Part shown: positions 63,788 to 64,000 of the stretch, piece after piece
Position numbering within the stretch: position 1 is the first letter of the stretch
Layout of the letters: every line of letters begins with the position of its first letter
Source of the DNA: Lachnospiraceae bacterium UBA5899
GTDB taxonomy: Bacteria; Bacillota; Clostridia; Lachnospirales; Lachnospiraceae
Length of the DNA: 64,000 bases
Direction: 5' to 3'
Assembly (NCBI GenBank): GCA_002432425.1
Contig: DJEL01000015.1
Location: 20,834-84,833 of the forward strand
Notes under the pieces: model-generated
Databases searched by the model: none
What the model was told of the DNA's origin: nothing
The model's input: only the letters and a program-made list of their open reading frames with translations
Translations under genes and position numbers: made by a program

Positions 63788-64000
63788 TGCCAGGATGGGA
63801 GACGATAAAGATGGATACGGGAGAGATACTGAACGGTTTATTGAAAAATCTGTCCAATCTGACTTATATAAAAGCAGAGGATATTCCCAATATAGACTTA
63901 TATATGGATCAGGTCACCACCTTTATGGACAAAAGGCTTCGTGCAACCACCAGAAATCCCGGTGACGACAAGGTCCTGACCAAGACCATGATTAACAATT
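63788..64000 (+). CDS. DUF1836-like protein, 3' end cut by window edge
   Basis: This frame is open to base 64000. DIPNIDLYMDQVTTFMDKRL...DKVLTKTMINN matches my recollection of the DUF1836 N-terminus. The start is 63788 or 63812. Confidence 0.6.

Noticed and set aside
63714-63965. 83-aa ORF (MSCGFEYYIIKYMQ...)
   Set aside because: It has no RBS or recognisable family. It overlaps in another frame the open reading frame 63788-64000, whose translation carries a conserved DUF1836-like N-terminus.
1-64000. Mobile elements, prophage, defence islands, toxin-antitoxin pairs, tRNA/rRNA genes
   Set aside because: No transposase, integrase, recombinase, restriction, Cas or phage-like translations appear in any frame. 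I saw no terminal inverted repeats or cloverleaf-like sequences. The accessory character of the window is limited to the glycan-utilisation cluster.

Overview
This is a chromosomal segment from a low-to-mid GC Gram-positive anaerobe, by gene content a Lachnospiraceae-like gut Firmicute. I found no rRNA, tRNA, CRISPR array, transposase, integrase or phage genes. The left third (1-19.9 kb) is housekeeping: asnB (partial), an ABC-F ATPase coupled to a PHP phosphoesterase, an amino-acid ABC importer, ppdK, a methyltransferase-mccB-mccA sulfur operon, ktrAB, tcdA and a glycerol-1-phosphate dehydrogenase-like gene. The centre (19.9-49.4 kb) is a large beta-mannan utilisation region. It holds a GH2 beta-mannosidase, an intracellular GH26, and then about 25.5 kb of 19 co-directional, tightly packed genes. 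These are a surface GH26 lipoprotein, two ABC permease pairs with two binding proteins and no ATPase, two GH130 phosphorylases, a mannobiose/cellobiose 2-epimerase, CE2- and CE17-like esterases, LacI and GH94. The right part carries a PhoPR-like two-component system, a Na/Pi-PhoU transporter, an FNT channel, typA, a lysine riboswitch with dapAB, a His6-type hisA, csp, a degenerate-LytM/bactofilin pair and yerC. Two things deserve the closest look. (1) An unannotated 47-codon ORF with a CCLCCC run sits behind a consensus promoter and strong SD and is followed by an intrinsic terminator, with a competing antiterminator pairing. It lies directly upstream of the methyltransferase-mccB-mccA operon and is a candidate cysteine-sensing leader-peptide attenuator. 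(2) An uncharacterised surface module is embedded in the mannan locus: a 994-aa CBM-fused binding protein without a lipobox, an NHL propeller, a Yip1 membrane protein and a DUF5696-like ectoprotein. Other oddities are helically phased tandem repeat arrays bracketing the G1P-dehydrogenase-like gene and a lipoprotein with three 384-bp tandem repeats. All calls come from reading the sequence and ORF translations by eye. No searches or folding calculations were run.
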